Source: Candidatus Lokiarchaeum ossiferum
GTDB lineage: Archaea > Asgardarchaeota > Lokiarchaeia > Sigyniarchaeales > Promethearchaeaceae
Length of the DNA: 32,000 nucleotides
Assembly (NCBI GenBank): GCA_025839675.1
Contig: CP104013.1
Coordinates: 2,250,001 to 2,282,000 of the forward strand
Reading direction: 5' to 3'
The notes beneath the pieces are model-generated. The model saw nothing but the letters and a program-made list of their open reading frames with translations, was not told the origin of the DNA and did not search any database. The position numbers were made by a program, and so were the translations under genes. Position 1 is the first letter of the stretch, and each line of letters begins with the position of its first letter. Of this stretch, positions 1 to 8,875 are shown piece by piece.

Positions 1-398
1 GCTACGAATAATCTCTCATCCTGTTCAATTTTGTAAAATGTTGCTAATCCCGAGCTCATTAAGTGCTGCAATTTCTCAGGTTCAATTTCGGTAATTTGGG
101 GAAGAAGAATTGCCTTTTTCATCCAAAAATTGAGTTTTTCTTCAAAATACACAAGGATTTTCTTTTCACAAACCATATCCTCTTCTATTTTCTCATGTAA
201 TTTAGTAATAAATTCTTGAAATTCATTGAGTACCAATGTTGTGAAAATTTCTTCTTTACTTTTGAAGTAATGATAAATGGAGGTCTTGTCAAACCCCACT
301 ATTTTACCAATATCGCCAAGTGTTGTTTTCTTGTATCCGAATTTTGCGAAACATTCACCTGCAGCGATCAAAATTTGTTCTTTTTTATTTTGAGGCAT
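1..398 (-). CDS. TetR/AcrR-family transcriptional regulator, partial (C-terminus lies beyond the window edge; absent from the ORF track because no stop is seen)
   Basis: The reverse complement from the ATG (396-398) reads MPQNKKEQILIAAGECFAKFGYKKTTLGDIGKIVGFDKTSIYHYFKSKEEIFTTLVLNEF... This is the classic TetR N-terminal HTH signature (F..GY..TT..I....G....IYHYF.SKE). The plus-strand ORF 216..431 is its antisense shadow. Confidence 0.8.
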   Translation of the reverse strand, partial: MPQNKKEQILIAAGECFAKFGYKKTTLGDIGKIVGFDKTSIYHYFKSKEEIFTTLVLNEFQEFITKLHEKIEEDMVCEKKILVYFEEKLNFWMKKAILLPQITEIEPEKLQHLMSSGLATFYKIEQDERLFV

Positions 399-628
399 AA
401 CTATCATTTTCCAAATATTCAAACGATATAATGGAACATTGGATTGATAGGTTATTAAATTTTTCATTTTTTTGGATTATAAAATTCTGAGATATTATTT
501 ACCCTGAATAAAATTTGTAGCTCAGAAACATCTTGAGAAGCTGTATAATAGTAAAGGATTACTTCAATCCTCATTTCAATAGATAATAGTAAAATCGAGT
601 ATTTTAAAAATTGATTCAGATGCAATAT

Positions 629-637
629 AAAAAAAAA
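629..637 (-). terminator. Possible oligo-T termination signal downstream of the TatD-family gene
   Basis: An A9 run on the plus strand (T9 on the minus strand) lies about 48 nt after the stop at 685. Archaeal-type termination uses oligo-T tracts. Specificity is low in an AT-rich genome. Confidence 0.25.
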
Positions 638-684
638 GGAATATTCGCTACTACAAAAGTTTTTTGGGAAAACAAAACCAGATA

Positions 685-1470
685 TCACAATCGATACAAA
701 CACTTGAAATTATTAGATACTTGTTTAACAACAGAATCTAACTTCTTTCCTGTTTTTTCACAATATAAGTGATAATTTGAAATAACATCCTCTGGAGAGC
801 TCTTTCCTTTTTCATTTTGAACAGAATAAGCATAAGGAGAATCAGTCTCAAATAACAAGCGGTCAAAGGGAATACTATCAATCCAAAATACCATTTCGGG
901 TTCATCAAAATGATGATAATAGGAAAGTGAGAAATAACACCCTAAATCAATAAAATCTTGCATGAAAGTCTGAGTTATTTGGGTGCCATGGATATGGACA
1001 CGCATTTCTTCAGCATGATGCTTCCTTAAAATAGCGAGTAAATCAGCATCAGAATATAATGAATGAATTACAAGCGGTAAATCAAATTCTTTGGCCAGAA
1101 GAATTTCTTGTTCAAGGATGTACTGTTGTGCTTTGGGTGCATAATTGGGAGTTATTTCTGCATAATAATCAAGACCCACCTCCCCAATAGCTTCTGGGTT
1201 ATTTTTTTCCACATTGGTTCGCAATAATTTTAGATATTCTTGGTGCTTAGATCTATCCTTGGCAAGGTTGCGATTAATAGCGATTGCACTCAAAATTTTA
1301 GGATATTTTTTTTCATGTTCAATTAAATGAAAATAGTCCGGTGTGCTTGTATTACTCACAATATAATCCAAATTATTTTCTTGCATCAATTTGTTAATTG
1401 CAGCAAGATGTTCTGGAATATTTTGGGAAGATTCCTTGTATATTAAATGACAATGGGCGTCAATAAACAT
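685..1470 (-). CDS. tatD: TatD-family metal-dependent hydrolase/DNase
   Basis: 261 aa. It carries the N-terminal FIDAHCHL (HxH) motif, EVGLDYY, VIHS, a VHIHG histidine and ETDSPY, in the order typical of the TatD amidohydrolase fold. Confidence 0.85.
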   Translation of the reverse strand: MFIDAHCHLIYKESSQNIPEHLAAINKLMQENNLDYIVSNTSTPDYFHLIEHEKKYPKILSAIAINRNLAKDRSKHQEYLKLLRTNVEKNNPEAIGEVGLDYYAEITPNYAPKAQQYILEQEILLAKEFDLPLVIHSLYSDADLLAILRKHHAEEMRVHIHGTQITQTFMQDFIDLGCYFSLSYYHHFDEPEMVFWIDSIPFDRLLFETDSPYAYSVQNEKGKSSPEDVISNYHLYCEKTGKKLDSVVKQVSNNFKCLYRL

Positions 1471-1670
1471 CTTAATCTAATTATATAATGAGTGAGACGA
1501 ATATATATTTTTAACAAAGTTATCACGTCAGTTTGATTAAATCTTTTCAATAAGCCATTGCTTGCTTTTAGGAAAGATTCATTCAATCAATAATTTGAAC
1601 ATTATCAACACTTTCTATTCTCTTAAATGATAGGCGGAGTTTTATTAAGGGATTTTAAATTTGATTAGAT

Positions 1671-2297
1671 ATGCCTCCCTTAACCAACAACAAATTAAAA
1701 AAAATTCTTAAAAGAATTAATGCCAATACTAATCTTTCGAAAAAATACAAATCACAATGGAAAACCCTCGTGAACTTCTTGGGAAACACTTTTGGGATCA
1801 AAATCGAGGCTGTAATTAAGGTAGGCACAATATCTAAAGAATCCAATAATGAAATGTGTGATTATGAAATCATTTTTACTCCTGATCCATATAAGGAATG
1901 TCAGGAACTCTACCCCTTGATTATAACCCGATTTCAAGAAATGAATCCGGATGATAATATCTCCTCGATTGAAAATAAGTTAAAATTGCGGTATAAAAAT
2001 GGAACTAAGATTGATTTACTTTCTGTTCCAAAAGATGAGTTTGAAACAGAATATTCCCAATATCTCAACACTCGAGATATCTCACAAATTAATTTAAATG
2101 CTGTGAAATTGGTTAAAAATGCAGTTGAATCAGCAGGATTTGGAAGCAAAATACGTGGATCCCATGTAGAAGCTATTGCAGTAAATGTGGCTTCCCAGGA
2201 ATTATCTATTTGTGTTGAAACGATTCTCAATCAACTCCGAAAGAAAAAATTAGCCACCCTCAAAACATTCAAACACATACGAGGACTTTTGGAGTAA
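1671..2297 (+). CDS. Hypothetical protein, possible Pol-beta-superfamily nucleotidyltransferase (minimal NTase/SMODS-like)
   Basis: 208 aa. VGT-x10-DYEI (res 51-67) fits hG[GS]x9-13Dh[DE]h except that T replaces S/G. A third acidic strand KIDLLSVP lies about 50 aa later. No further support is available without a profile search. Confidence 0.45.
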   Translation: MPPLTNNKLKKILKRINANTNLSKKYKSQWKTLVNFLGNTFGIKIEAVIKVGTISKESNNEMCDYEIIFTPDPYKECQELYPLIITRFQEMNPDDNISSIENKLKLRYKNGTKIDLLSVPKDEFETEYSQYLNTRDISQINLNAVKLVKNAVESAGFGSKIRGSHVEAIAVNVASQELSICVETILNQLRKKKLATLKTFKHIRGLLE

Positions 2298-2344
2298 ATT
2301 TGTAAATCTATTTCTTATTAAATTATCATTATGGTGCAGATTTC

Positions 2345-3505
2345 ATGACAAAAAAAAAAATTTATCAAAAATCATTCAGTGACAACCCATATGGGTTCCA
2401 ATTCGAAATTAATTCCCGAAAACAACTGATAATTTTGCACGAAATTTGGAAAAATTATCTTATAATTAAAAAAAAAGTTCCTAAAGAAGAACAGCAGCAG
2501 AAATTTGAAGAATTAAATAAATTAACCTTTTTAATTTTAGATCCTCGATCATCGGTGATATTACCCTACCTTAACCCACGGAACTCTGTTCAATCACCTA
2601 TGGAGGGAATTGAACTCTCGGTGATGAAATTTCCGAAGATGGGAAATTTTCGATTAAAGAATTATTTCAAAGAATTTGAAGCGCTGATCATACAAACATC
2701 TGCAAAGAATAAAGAAAAAACCTCGCAATTAACCCAAATCTTTATTCAAAAACTATGGGATTCAGTACTTTTTTCCTCAAAAAACGATCCATATTTCATC
2801 ATAAATTCTTTTGGACATTATTTTAAAACTCATGATTTTGAACACAAAATGAAGGCCTTGGATACACAAGAAAAATTTGACTGCTTTATCACTTCACAAG
2901 AAGAGTCGATAAACGAAATTCAAGAGTTTATCATCGCTCAAATTCATTCATTTTCTCCAAACTCTGAAAAACCCCGTAAATCTTTTCGAATGATTCATAA
3001 AGAAGTTAAACTGTTATTTGAGTTATATGGATATTTGATTGGGTTTATTCGGGGATTATTCGATATTATTGGAGAAAATTTTGATTCTAAGCTTGAAAAC
3101 TATATGGATCGCAAATATAACATTGTTTATGGAATGCCCAATAAGAATTCACGCAAATCGGAACAACGAGCGACCGCTTTTACCAGAGAGTTACGAAAAA
3201 GTGTGTCAAATCCTACAATCCGATATCTTATTGATAAAATGGTATTTGGGAAATTACGTCCTTTGCAGAATTCAGTATCTCCACCACCACCTCGGGAAGA
3301 AATGAGCTCAGAACATATTTATACTGTGGAAAACAAAAAACAGGAATATGTACAAAATTTTACTTTGAGTGAGTTTTGGGTGTTAAAAAGTAACCTCGCC
3401 ATTTTTCTTCACCTTTGTTTTAATTATTTCTTCTATTACTGTCCCGATAACCAGACAGGAAAATTGATTAAGACCCATTTAGTATCTCATGATGCTCTAG
3501 AGTAG
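2345..3505 (+). CDS. Hypothetical protein (386 aa, mostly helical by composition, no recognised domain)
   Basis: Long uninterrupted ORF with an ATG start and GGTG about 9 nt upstream. It is co-directional with, and 47 nt after, the NTase-like ORF. Confidence 0.65.
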   Translation: MTKKKIYQKSFSDNPYGFQFEINSRKQLIILHEIWKNYLIIKKKVPKEEQQQKFEELNKLTFLILDPRSSVILPYLNPRNSVQSPMEGIELSVMKFPKMGNFRLKNYFKEFEALIIQTSAKNKEKTSQLTQIFIQKLWDSVLFSSKNDPYFIINSFGHYFKTHDFEHKMKALDTQEKFDCFITSQEESINEIQEFIIAQIHSFSPNSEKPRKSFRMIHKEVKLLFELYGYLIGFIRGLFDIIGENFDSKLENYMDRKYNIVYGMPNKNSRKSEQRATAFTRELRKSVSNPTIRYLIDKMVFGKLRPLQNSVSPPPPREEMSSEHIYTVENKKQEYVQNFTLSEFWVLKSNLAIFLHLCFNYFFYYCPDNQTGKLIKTHLVSHDALE

Positions 3506-3569
3506 TAATAACTCAATCAGAAAATTCAGTCGTTTTTTTAACAACCTTTTTTATATAGCAAACATTTCG

Positions 3570-4124
3570 TTGTTTGTGAATACATCAGCGAGTAATGCGT
3601 TTATCAATGGGGATTTAATCGATTTACTTCCAATTAACTTAAATCACGTGGACCTATATGATAAATGGGGAAATGATCAAGAAGTTCGCCATTTGCGCCA
3701 TTACGAGTTTCCACGCTCAATGGATGAGATCAAAGAGAGATACTTGAACTCAATCAAGGCAACAGACAAGTATTCATTTGAAGTAGTGCTTAAGGAAGAT
3801 GATGTACCGATTGGGACATGTAACTTGCATGAAATCAATTGGGTGAGCCGCACAGCAGAAATTGGTTTTTTTATCGGGGAAAAAAAATACTGGGGGAAGG
3901 GATTGGGAACTGAAATTGCATCATTGATTACTAAGTATGCTTTCCAAGAATTAAATCTCCGTAAACTGAAAGCTGTCATTTATAGTCCGAATCTTGGGTC
4001 ACAAAAAGTTTTTACTAAACTCGATTTCCATCTTGAAGCCACTTTAAAAGGAGAAGAGTATATTGATGGTAAATATATTGACATCTTATTCTATGTAAAA
4101 TATCGAAATGAGAACGAGAAATGA
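3570..4124 (+). CDS. GNAT-family N-acetyltransferase (RimJ/RimL/SpeG-like)
   Basis: 184 aa. The acetyl-CoA-binding core is IGFFIGEKKYWGKGLGTEIASLITKYAFQELNLRKLKAVIYSPNLGSQKVFTKLDF. The C-terminal GEEYIDGKYIDILFY is typical of the Acetyltransf_3 subgroup. The start is TTG 3570 or GTG 3576 and there is no in-frame ATG nearby. A TATA-like ttttatata lies about 25 nt upstream. Confidence 0.85.
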   Translation: MFVNTSASNAFINGDLIDLLPINLNHVDLYDKWGNDQEVRHLRHYEFPRSMDEIKERYLNSIKATDKYSFEVVLKEDDVPIGTCNLHEINWVSRTAEIGFFIGEKKYWGKGLGTEIASLITKYAFQELNLRKLKAVIYSPNLGSQKVFTKLDFHLEATLKGEEYIDGKYIDILFYVKYRNENEK

Positions 4125-4137
4125 GATGAAAATTAAT

Positions 4138-5532
4138 TCATTCTTTCTGGTTGAAGATGAGTTTTTTCTTTCTTCCATCTTGGACAAAATAAATGATCTC
4201 TTTTGCAATAAGCTTATCAACATGATATTTCACAGTATTTCTCCCCAATTTTAGCATTTTAGCAATTTGGCTTGCAGTTATTTCAGAATTATCTTGAATA
4301 AGATGTAAAATGTTGATGGTAGTTCTGGATTTTAAGAGATGTAGGTCTGAATCTGAAACAAAATTCTCCATGATGGTGGGGAAATATGCAACAAATTGCC
4401 CAATCTTCCGGAAATGGATTACTCCATAAGATTCTAACATGTTAATATGCCAGGCTAATTGTCCCCCCTGTAACCCACATTTACGTTTAAGATCATTAAA
4501 ATGAATACCTGGTTCCATGAGAATAAAATCGATTATTTTTTTGCGATTTTCATTCTCAAATAAATCCTCCATGTTTAATCTATGCATTCCATAGTTAGGA
4601 TTTAAGTTCCGGAGTACTAAATGACGATATTCGGAAGAACTCATCGCAAAAATTCCGGCCCCAACGACGATTATAACCCCTAAAACTAGAAGAATTGACA
4701 TTAAGTTGAAAATTGAAAAACCACTATCATTAGAATCGATTGAAGATACAGGATGTTTGTTCAAAATAGTAAAATATTGGCAATTTGAGTCTTCTTGATT
4801 GGCAAGAGAAGCACTTTCACCAGATAAAGGGATGGCAATTTGATTGTTAATAATTCCGAAGTCCAATTGAGTCCATTTTAAATCAATTGGATCCCATACT
4901 ATGAGAATAAAGTCTGAAGGAATCAAAGATCGATCTAATTTGAAGAGACTCTCAAAAGGAATAAATAACATCGAATGATCATCACTTACAGCGTGTAAAT
5001 CGGGAATTTCTACTTGAATAATCGTTTGAAATAACCACTGAACTGGATAATCGATCTCTGTGGGGGAATTAATTTGAGAAAAATCAATAGTATTGTCTTC
5101 AAAAGCCAAATCTATGGAAATGTTCGTAATTTCATCTAATTCAATTGATAAATTTGAGTTGATCACCCCATAATTGAAATGATATTTTATATCCGCCTCT
5201 AATGTGGAGTTGATTTTAAGTGAATTATTTTGAGGAAAATAGAATTGGTTTACAGAATGTTCTTCAACAGATGTTAAAAAACCATTAGAAGAAATGTAGT
5301 CCCCATTTTCATAAATTTCAGGAATTGGTTGAGACGCATGGAAATTGGGAAGAAATTGAGAAGATGTAGGACCAGAAAAATAATCCTTCTCAGTTATCGT
5401 GTTCTGAAAAAATAAATCCGGATTATTCACCGGAATCTGAATATCACTAAAAAAAAGGGCAACTTGCCCACAAATCATGAAAAAGACACATAGCAATATG
5501 ATTTTTTTTCGTATTTTCCAGTTACGAATCAT
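4138..5532 (-). CDS. Membrane-tethered transcriptional regulator: N-terminal TM, ~270-aa extracytoplasmic domain, second TM, two C-terminal winged-helix (ArsR/MarR-like) domains
   Basis: 464 aa. The TM segments are KIILLCVFFMICGQVALFF and IFNLMSILLVLGVIIVVGAGIFAM. wHTH 1 is KKIIDFILMEPGIHFNDLKRKCGLQGGQLAWHINMLESYGVIHFRKIGQFVAYF. wHTH 2 is INILHLIQDNSEITASQIAKMLKLGRNTVKYHVDKLIAKEIIYFVQDGRKKKLIF. The start ATG overlaps the upstream stop (ATGA at 5529-5532). Confidence 0.8.
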   Translation of the reverse strand: MIRNWKIRKKIILLCVFFMICGQVALFFSDIQIPVNNPDLFFQNTITEKDYFSGPTSSQFLPNFHASQPIPEIYENGDYISSNGFLTSVEEHSVNQFYFPQNNSLKINSTLEADIKYHFNYGVINSNLSIELDEITNISIDLAFEDNTIDFSQINSPTEIDYPVQWLFQTIIQVEIPDLHAVSDDHSMLFIPFESLFKLDRSLIPSDFILIVWDPIDLKWTQLDFGIINNQIAIPLSGESASLANQEDSNCQYFTILNKHPVSSIDSNDSGFSIFNLMSILLVLGVIIVVGAGIFAMSSSEYRHLVLRNLNPNYGMHRLNMEDLFENENRKKIIDFILMEPGIHFNDLKRKCGLQGGQLAWHINMLESYGVIHFRKIGQFVAYFPTIMENFVSDSDLHLLKSRTTINILHLIQDNSEITASQIAKMLKLGRNTVKYHVDKLIAKEIIYFVQDGRKKKLIFNQKE

Positions 5533-7745
5533 TTAATCACTTCTTTAGTTGGAAAAAAAGGATTTCGATGTTTTTCCCGCAAATAAAGCACAATTCCAAT
5601 TGAAACCATTACGAATAAAAGATTAAATCCTGGAATTGCATCACCTCCTGAAAAATTGTCCACTTCCCAATATGGAGTATCATCTATTTCCCCATACTGA
5701 ATATTTAATTGAAAATCAATAGAATTAATTCGTTCATCAATCAAAGCGATCAGTATATAATAGACCCCAGATTCTTTCGGAGTCACAGAAATTTTATCAA
5801 AGACATGAGATTTGAGGATTTCACTTTGATTAAAAACCATGAGTTGGAGAAACTCGAATTCATTATCTGAAGTCAATTCGACAAAGAATCCCGGATCAAC
5901 TGATAAATCTACGTCAACTTGAAATATCACAACAGGACTTGTCTTTTGTATAGACACCGGAGTAATATTGGCTTTGTCTTTACCTATTGTTGCATTTTGG
6001 GAAGAACATAAAGCAATTTTAATCGTTACCTCGCTAAATTCGTCTAGATTTGTCAAGCTCAGAAAAATGGTATTGTCTGATGGATGAAAAAGAAACGAAG
6101 CAAAGGGATTCTGTCGATCTAAACTAATATTCGCAGATAAGCTTATATTGTTGCTAATAATTTCTCCAATAACTTCCGAATCACTGACAACAAGAAGATG
6201 AGTATCTGCTTCAAGCAGCGAAAGATCAAGTTCATATTGTATTCCCTCATGGGAATTCAAAACTATCTCTACATAAGCTGGTGACTCCAATTCTGAGAGT
6301 TCATATTTCGCTTCAAATTCAACAATATCTGTTTCAACAAAATTCCCCAATATATCACTCGCAGAAAAATAATATTTTACTATGGAGTTTTCAGGAATCG
6401 CAGGCAAAAGATAAGAAAAGATCCCCCATGATGAATTCTCCATGGAGACTGCGATGTAGGAGGAAGAATTAAATTTGTAGTGGAGAATCACTTCATTTAC
6501 GCCTGAAGCATCAAATACTTTACAGATAACTTTGAATCTATGTTGAGGGGGGGACTGTAAAGTGTCAAAAATGGTAATTATGCTACCTTTAAGCCCTGGT
6601 GGTTGATTATCTACAATTATCCATTTTTCTTGTTCATTAAAAATGTATTCCCCATCAAGTTTGGCTCCAAAAGAAACTATAAGTTTTTGTCCAGATTCAC
6701 TTAACGCTTGATAACACATGGAAAGAGCAGTATCCATTAGAGAACAGGAAGATGAATTTAACTTCACGTAAATCCCACTAGTTACTTCTGCGATTTTGTC
6801 TAATTGGTTTTGAAGATCTTCCCCTCCCCCGTAACACTGCATTGTGCTAACGATGATATTAATTTCACTTAATTCTTCTGCAAGAGCATATAGCTCAGGT
6901 CCATCATAATATTCCATAGAAGATTCGCTATCACCGATATAAATTCCACTATTGCACGGTTCATCTGTAATTAATATGGCTAAACGTGCTGAAGACTGCC
7001 AATCGAGTTGCTTTAAGTATCGCAAAGCATCACCCCACGGTTCCCAACCCCCTCCGGCGGCCCAAGGATCTATAAAACTTTGGATCGAGTCAACATCAGA
7101 TGTTAAATCAAGCACATTGCGATCATCATTATAGGGATTTTCATCATATCGAGTATTCCCAAAGAAAATAATCCCAATACGAACACTGGATACATTGAAA
7201 TAAAGAGTATTAACCATATCTTTTACTTTGGATTTAACTTCATTGATTTCATCCGTCATTGATCCACTCCCATCAATTAGGAAGACAACATCCAAAGATT
7301 CAGCATTAGCAGGAAGCTGACAGATGATATCTTGTGAAAATGTTTCATTAACACCCAAAATTCCTAACTCATGATTCATCGATCCAGTAGTCAAACTCAG
7401 ATCTGAGAGCGAAGAGATATTCATGGATAAAGATTGAAGGGAAGAAGAGAAACCGTTGTGAATTTTTAACGTGATTCGGGCATATGAATCTGGTAGATAT
7501 GCAGATTGATTCAAATCAATTGATGTATTTAAGAGGGGACTTTGAGCACTCCTTGGAAGCTCGGGAGAAGAAATAATTGAAGGAAGTGAATTTGTAGAAA
7601 CATATATCCCTACTTCATTAAACTTGGGAATTGTCTCAGCTTTAAATAACGATGGAATTAAAAATAATAACCCTACCACTAGAATCCAAAGGGGAGACAC
7701 TTTGTTGACCGTTTTTTTTTTTATTTTTTGGGTGGTTTTTGTCAT
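5529..7745 (-). CDS. von Willebrand factor A (VWA) domain surface protein with N-terminal signal/TM and C-terminal TM anchor
   Basis: 738 aa. The MIDAS motif is DVVFLIDGSGSMTDE, followed by AILITDE. The N-terminal hydrophobic segment is VSPLWILVVGLLFLIPSLF. The C-terminus is ...GGDAIPGFNLLFVMVSIGIVLYLREKHR. Confidence 0.85.
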   Translation of the reverse strand: MTKTTQKIKKKTVNKVSPLWILVVGLLFLIPSLFKAETIPKFNEVGIYVSTNSLPSIISSPELPRSAQSPLLNTSIDLNQSAYLPDSYARITLKIHNGFSSSLQSLSMNISSLSDLSLTTGSMNHELGILGVNETFSQDIICQLPANAESLDVVFLIDGSGSMTDEINEVKSKVKDMVNTLYFNVSSVRIGIIFFGNTRYDENPYNDDRNVLDLTSDVDSIQSFIDPWAAGGGWEPWGDALRYLKQLDWQSSARLAILITDEPCNSGIYIGDSESSMEYYDGPELYALAEELSEINIIVSTMQCYGGGEDLQNQLDKIAEVTSGIYVKLNSSSCSLMDTALSMCYQALSESGQKLIVSFGAKLDGEYIFNEQEKWIIVDNQPPGLKGSIITIFDTLQSPPQHRFKVICKVFDASGVNEVILHYKFNSSSYIAVSMENSSWGIFSYLLPAIPENSIVKYYFSASDILGNFVETDIVEFEAKYELSELESPAYVEIVLNSHEGIQYELDLSLLEADTHLLVVSDSEVIGEIISNNISLSANISLDRQNPFASFLFHPSDNTIFLSLTNLDEFSEVTIKIALCSSQNATIGKDKANITPVSIQKTSPVVIFQVDVDLSVDPGFFVELTSDNEFEFLQLMVFNQSEILKSHVFDKISVTPKESGVYYILIALIDERINSIDFQLNIQYGEIDDTPYWEVDNFSGGDAIPGFNLLFVMVSIGIVLYLREKHRNPFFPTKEVIK

Positions 7746-7824
7746 TCAAATCATCCTGGTGCTTTAGTATCTAATCGTAAATTTGCTATTTAAGGCATAA
7801 GGGATGGATTTCGAACATAATAAG

Positions 7825-8850
7825 TTACCTTTTTATTTTTGGGGGTAAATAAAAATCATATCGCTTCCGAAGGATCTTAGTTTTCAAAAACCGATCAAAT
7901 TTTCGGAGCTGTTGAAACAGAACCCAAATGAATTTATCATGTTTATAATATTTTTTAACTTCATCCAGAGAGAGAGGAGCGATGTTATGGGAAGCAGCAT
8001 CATTAGCAAAAAAATGATTCACTTCTGTAAGAATCGCGGGAATTCGATCAGCTAATTGTTCTTTATAGAAATTCGCCACCATATCAATAACCACATCCCG
8101 CCAATTGTAATATCTATCCAAAACCTCTTGTAAAAGAGGTTTTAAAACCCACCGTAAGAAAGAAGGGGCACTTTTTAGAAATAATTTGCCTTCCATGGCA
8201 TCTTCTCCATTAATCCGATACATGGGAGTGCTTGTGTCAATGTATAGCAATTGAGTCTCAAGCGTTATGGTAGGATTGGTGGAATCATAACCTATGACAG
8301 ACCAATTAGAAATTTGCCCATCCAACCCTATTTGTAATTTCTCCATCGGAGAAGATTGATTATAGTCCCAAACTTTCTTCATTTGAGTTAGCACAATCCG
8401 AATGAATTGGATTAAATCTGTTTCAGGCAAATTATGAATGACTTTACTTCCAATTGAAGAAGGATCTACCTTATCTTGAATGCAATAAAGAGAAATTTTA
8501 GTTTTCTTCTCATCAGAAAAAACCCATGTGGTATCGCTTGAAGGGACTTGAATACCGAGAGATTCTTGCAAGATACGATTATATTCATTATATGCATTAA
8601 TGTGTTGAGTTATTTGGTCTTTCGATTCAAAAATGGGTAATCGTTTAAAAGCCAAATTACTTAGATTACCATGAAGCACTTCAAAAACTAAACTGATTTC
8701 TCCAAATCCCAAAATTTTAATTGGAACTTCTCCTTGTTCGGGATGCGAAACATCCAAAGTTTTTTCCAGCAATTGTAATATTTCAAATTCTCCACTTTCA
8801 TTTTGAATTTTGCTTAAATATATTCCCAGTTTTCCTTTCAATTCACCCAT
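7825..8850 (-). CDS. Hypothetical protein with protein-kinase-like/aminoglycoside-phosphotransferase-like motif pattern
   Basis: A Gly-rich loop (ILGFGEISLVFEV) is followed by a candidate Lys (LAFKRLP), a catalytic-loop-like GLDGQISNW (Dx4N) and LLYIDTS (metal-binding Asp position). I prefer ATG 8850 (MGELKG...) over the track start at 8916. ATG 8850 has AAGGAG 9 nt upstream and does not overlap the aminotransferase 3' end. Confidence 0.55.
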   Translation of the reverse strand: MGELKGKLGIYLSKIQNESGEFEILQLLEKTLDVSHPEQGEVPIKILGFGEISLVFEVLHGNLSNLAFKRLPIFESKDQITQHINAYNEYNRILQESLGIQVPSSDTTWVFSDEKKTKISLYCIQDKVDPSSIGSKVIHNLPETDLIQFIRIVLTQMKKVWDYNQSSPMEKLQIGLDGQISNWSVIGYDSTNPTITLETQLLYIDTSTPMYRINGEDAMEGKLFLKSAPSFLRWVLKPLLQEVLDRYYNWRDVVIDMVANFYKEQLADRIPAILTEVNHFFANDAASHNIAPLSLDEVKKYYKHDKFIWVLFQQLRKFDRFLKTKILRKRYDFYLPPKIKR

Positions 8851-8859
8851 TTTTTTCTT

Positions 8860-8865
8860 CTCCTT
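8860..8865 (-). promoter_or_regulatory. Shine-Dalgarno-like AAGGAG for the kinase-like ORF
   Basis: The minus strand reads ...cgaAAGGAGaagaaaaaaATGggtgaa. The motif sits in the 25-nt gap between the aminotransferase stop (8876-8878) and ATG 8850. Confidence 0.4.
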
Positions 8866-8875
8866 TCGTAGTAAA

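Noticed and set aside
216-431. 71-aa plus-strand ORF from the track
   Set aside because: It is antisense to a clear TetR-family reading frame (minus strand, 1..398) and has no motif of its own. It is a shadow ORF.
464-703. 79-aa minus-strand ORF between the TatD and TetR genes
   Set aside because: Low-complexity F/I/L/Y-rich translation of AT-rich intergenic DNA. It overlaps the TatD 3' end and shows no RBS or domain signal. The region is more likely a terminator and promoter.
2975-2998. RKSFRMIH in the 386-aa orphan as a HEPN Rx4-6H motif (which would make an MNT-HEPN-like pair with the NTase-like ORF)
   Set aside because: A single short motif match is expected by chance. The protein is about three times the size of a HEPN domain, and the surrounding sequence does not resemble HEPN helices.
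7793-7804. Shared motif aaggcataaggg (also aaggcataaaggg at 16074-16086) upstream of the VWA and SBBP genes on the minus strand
   Set aside because: It is only 12-13 nt with an indel, the distances to the start codons differ (~50 versus ~75 nt), and there are just two instances. That is not enough to call a promoter or operator motif.
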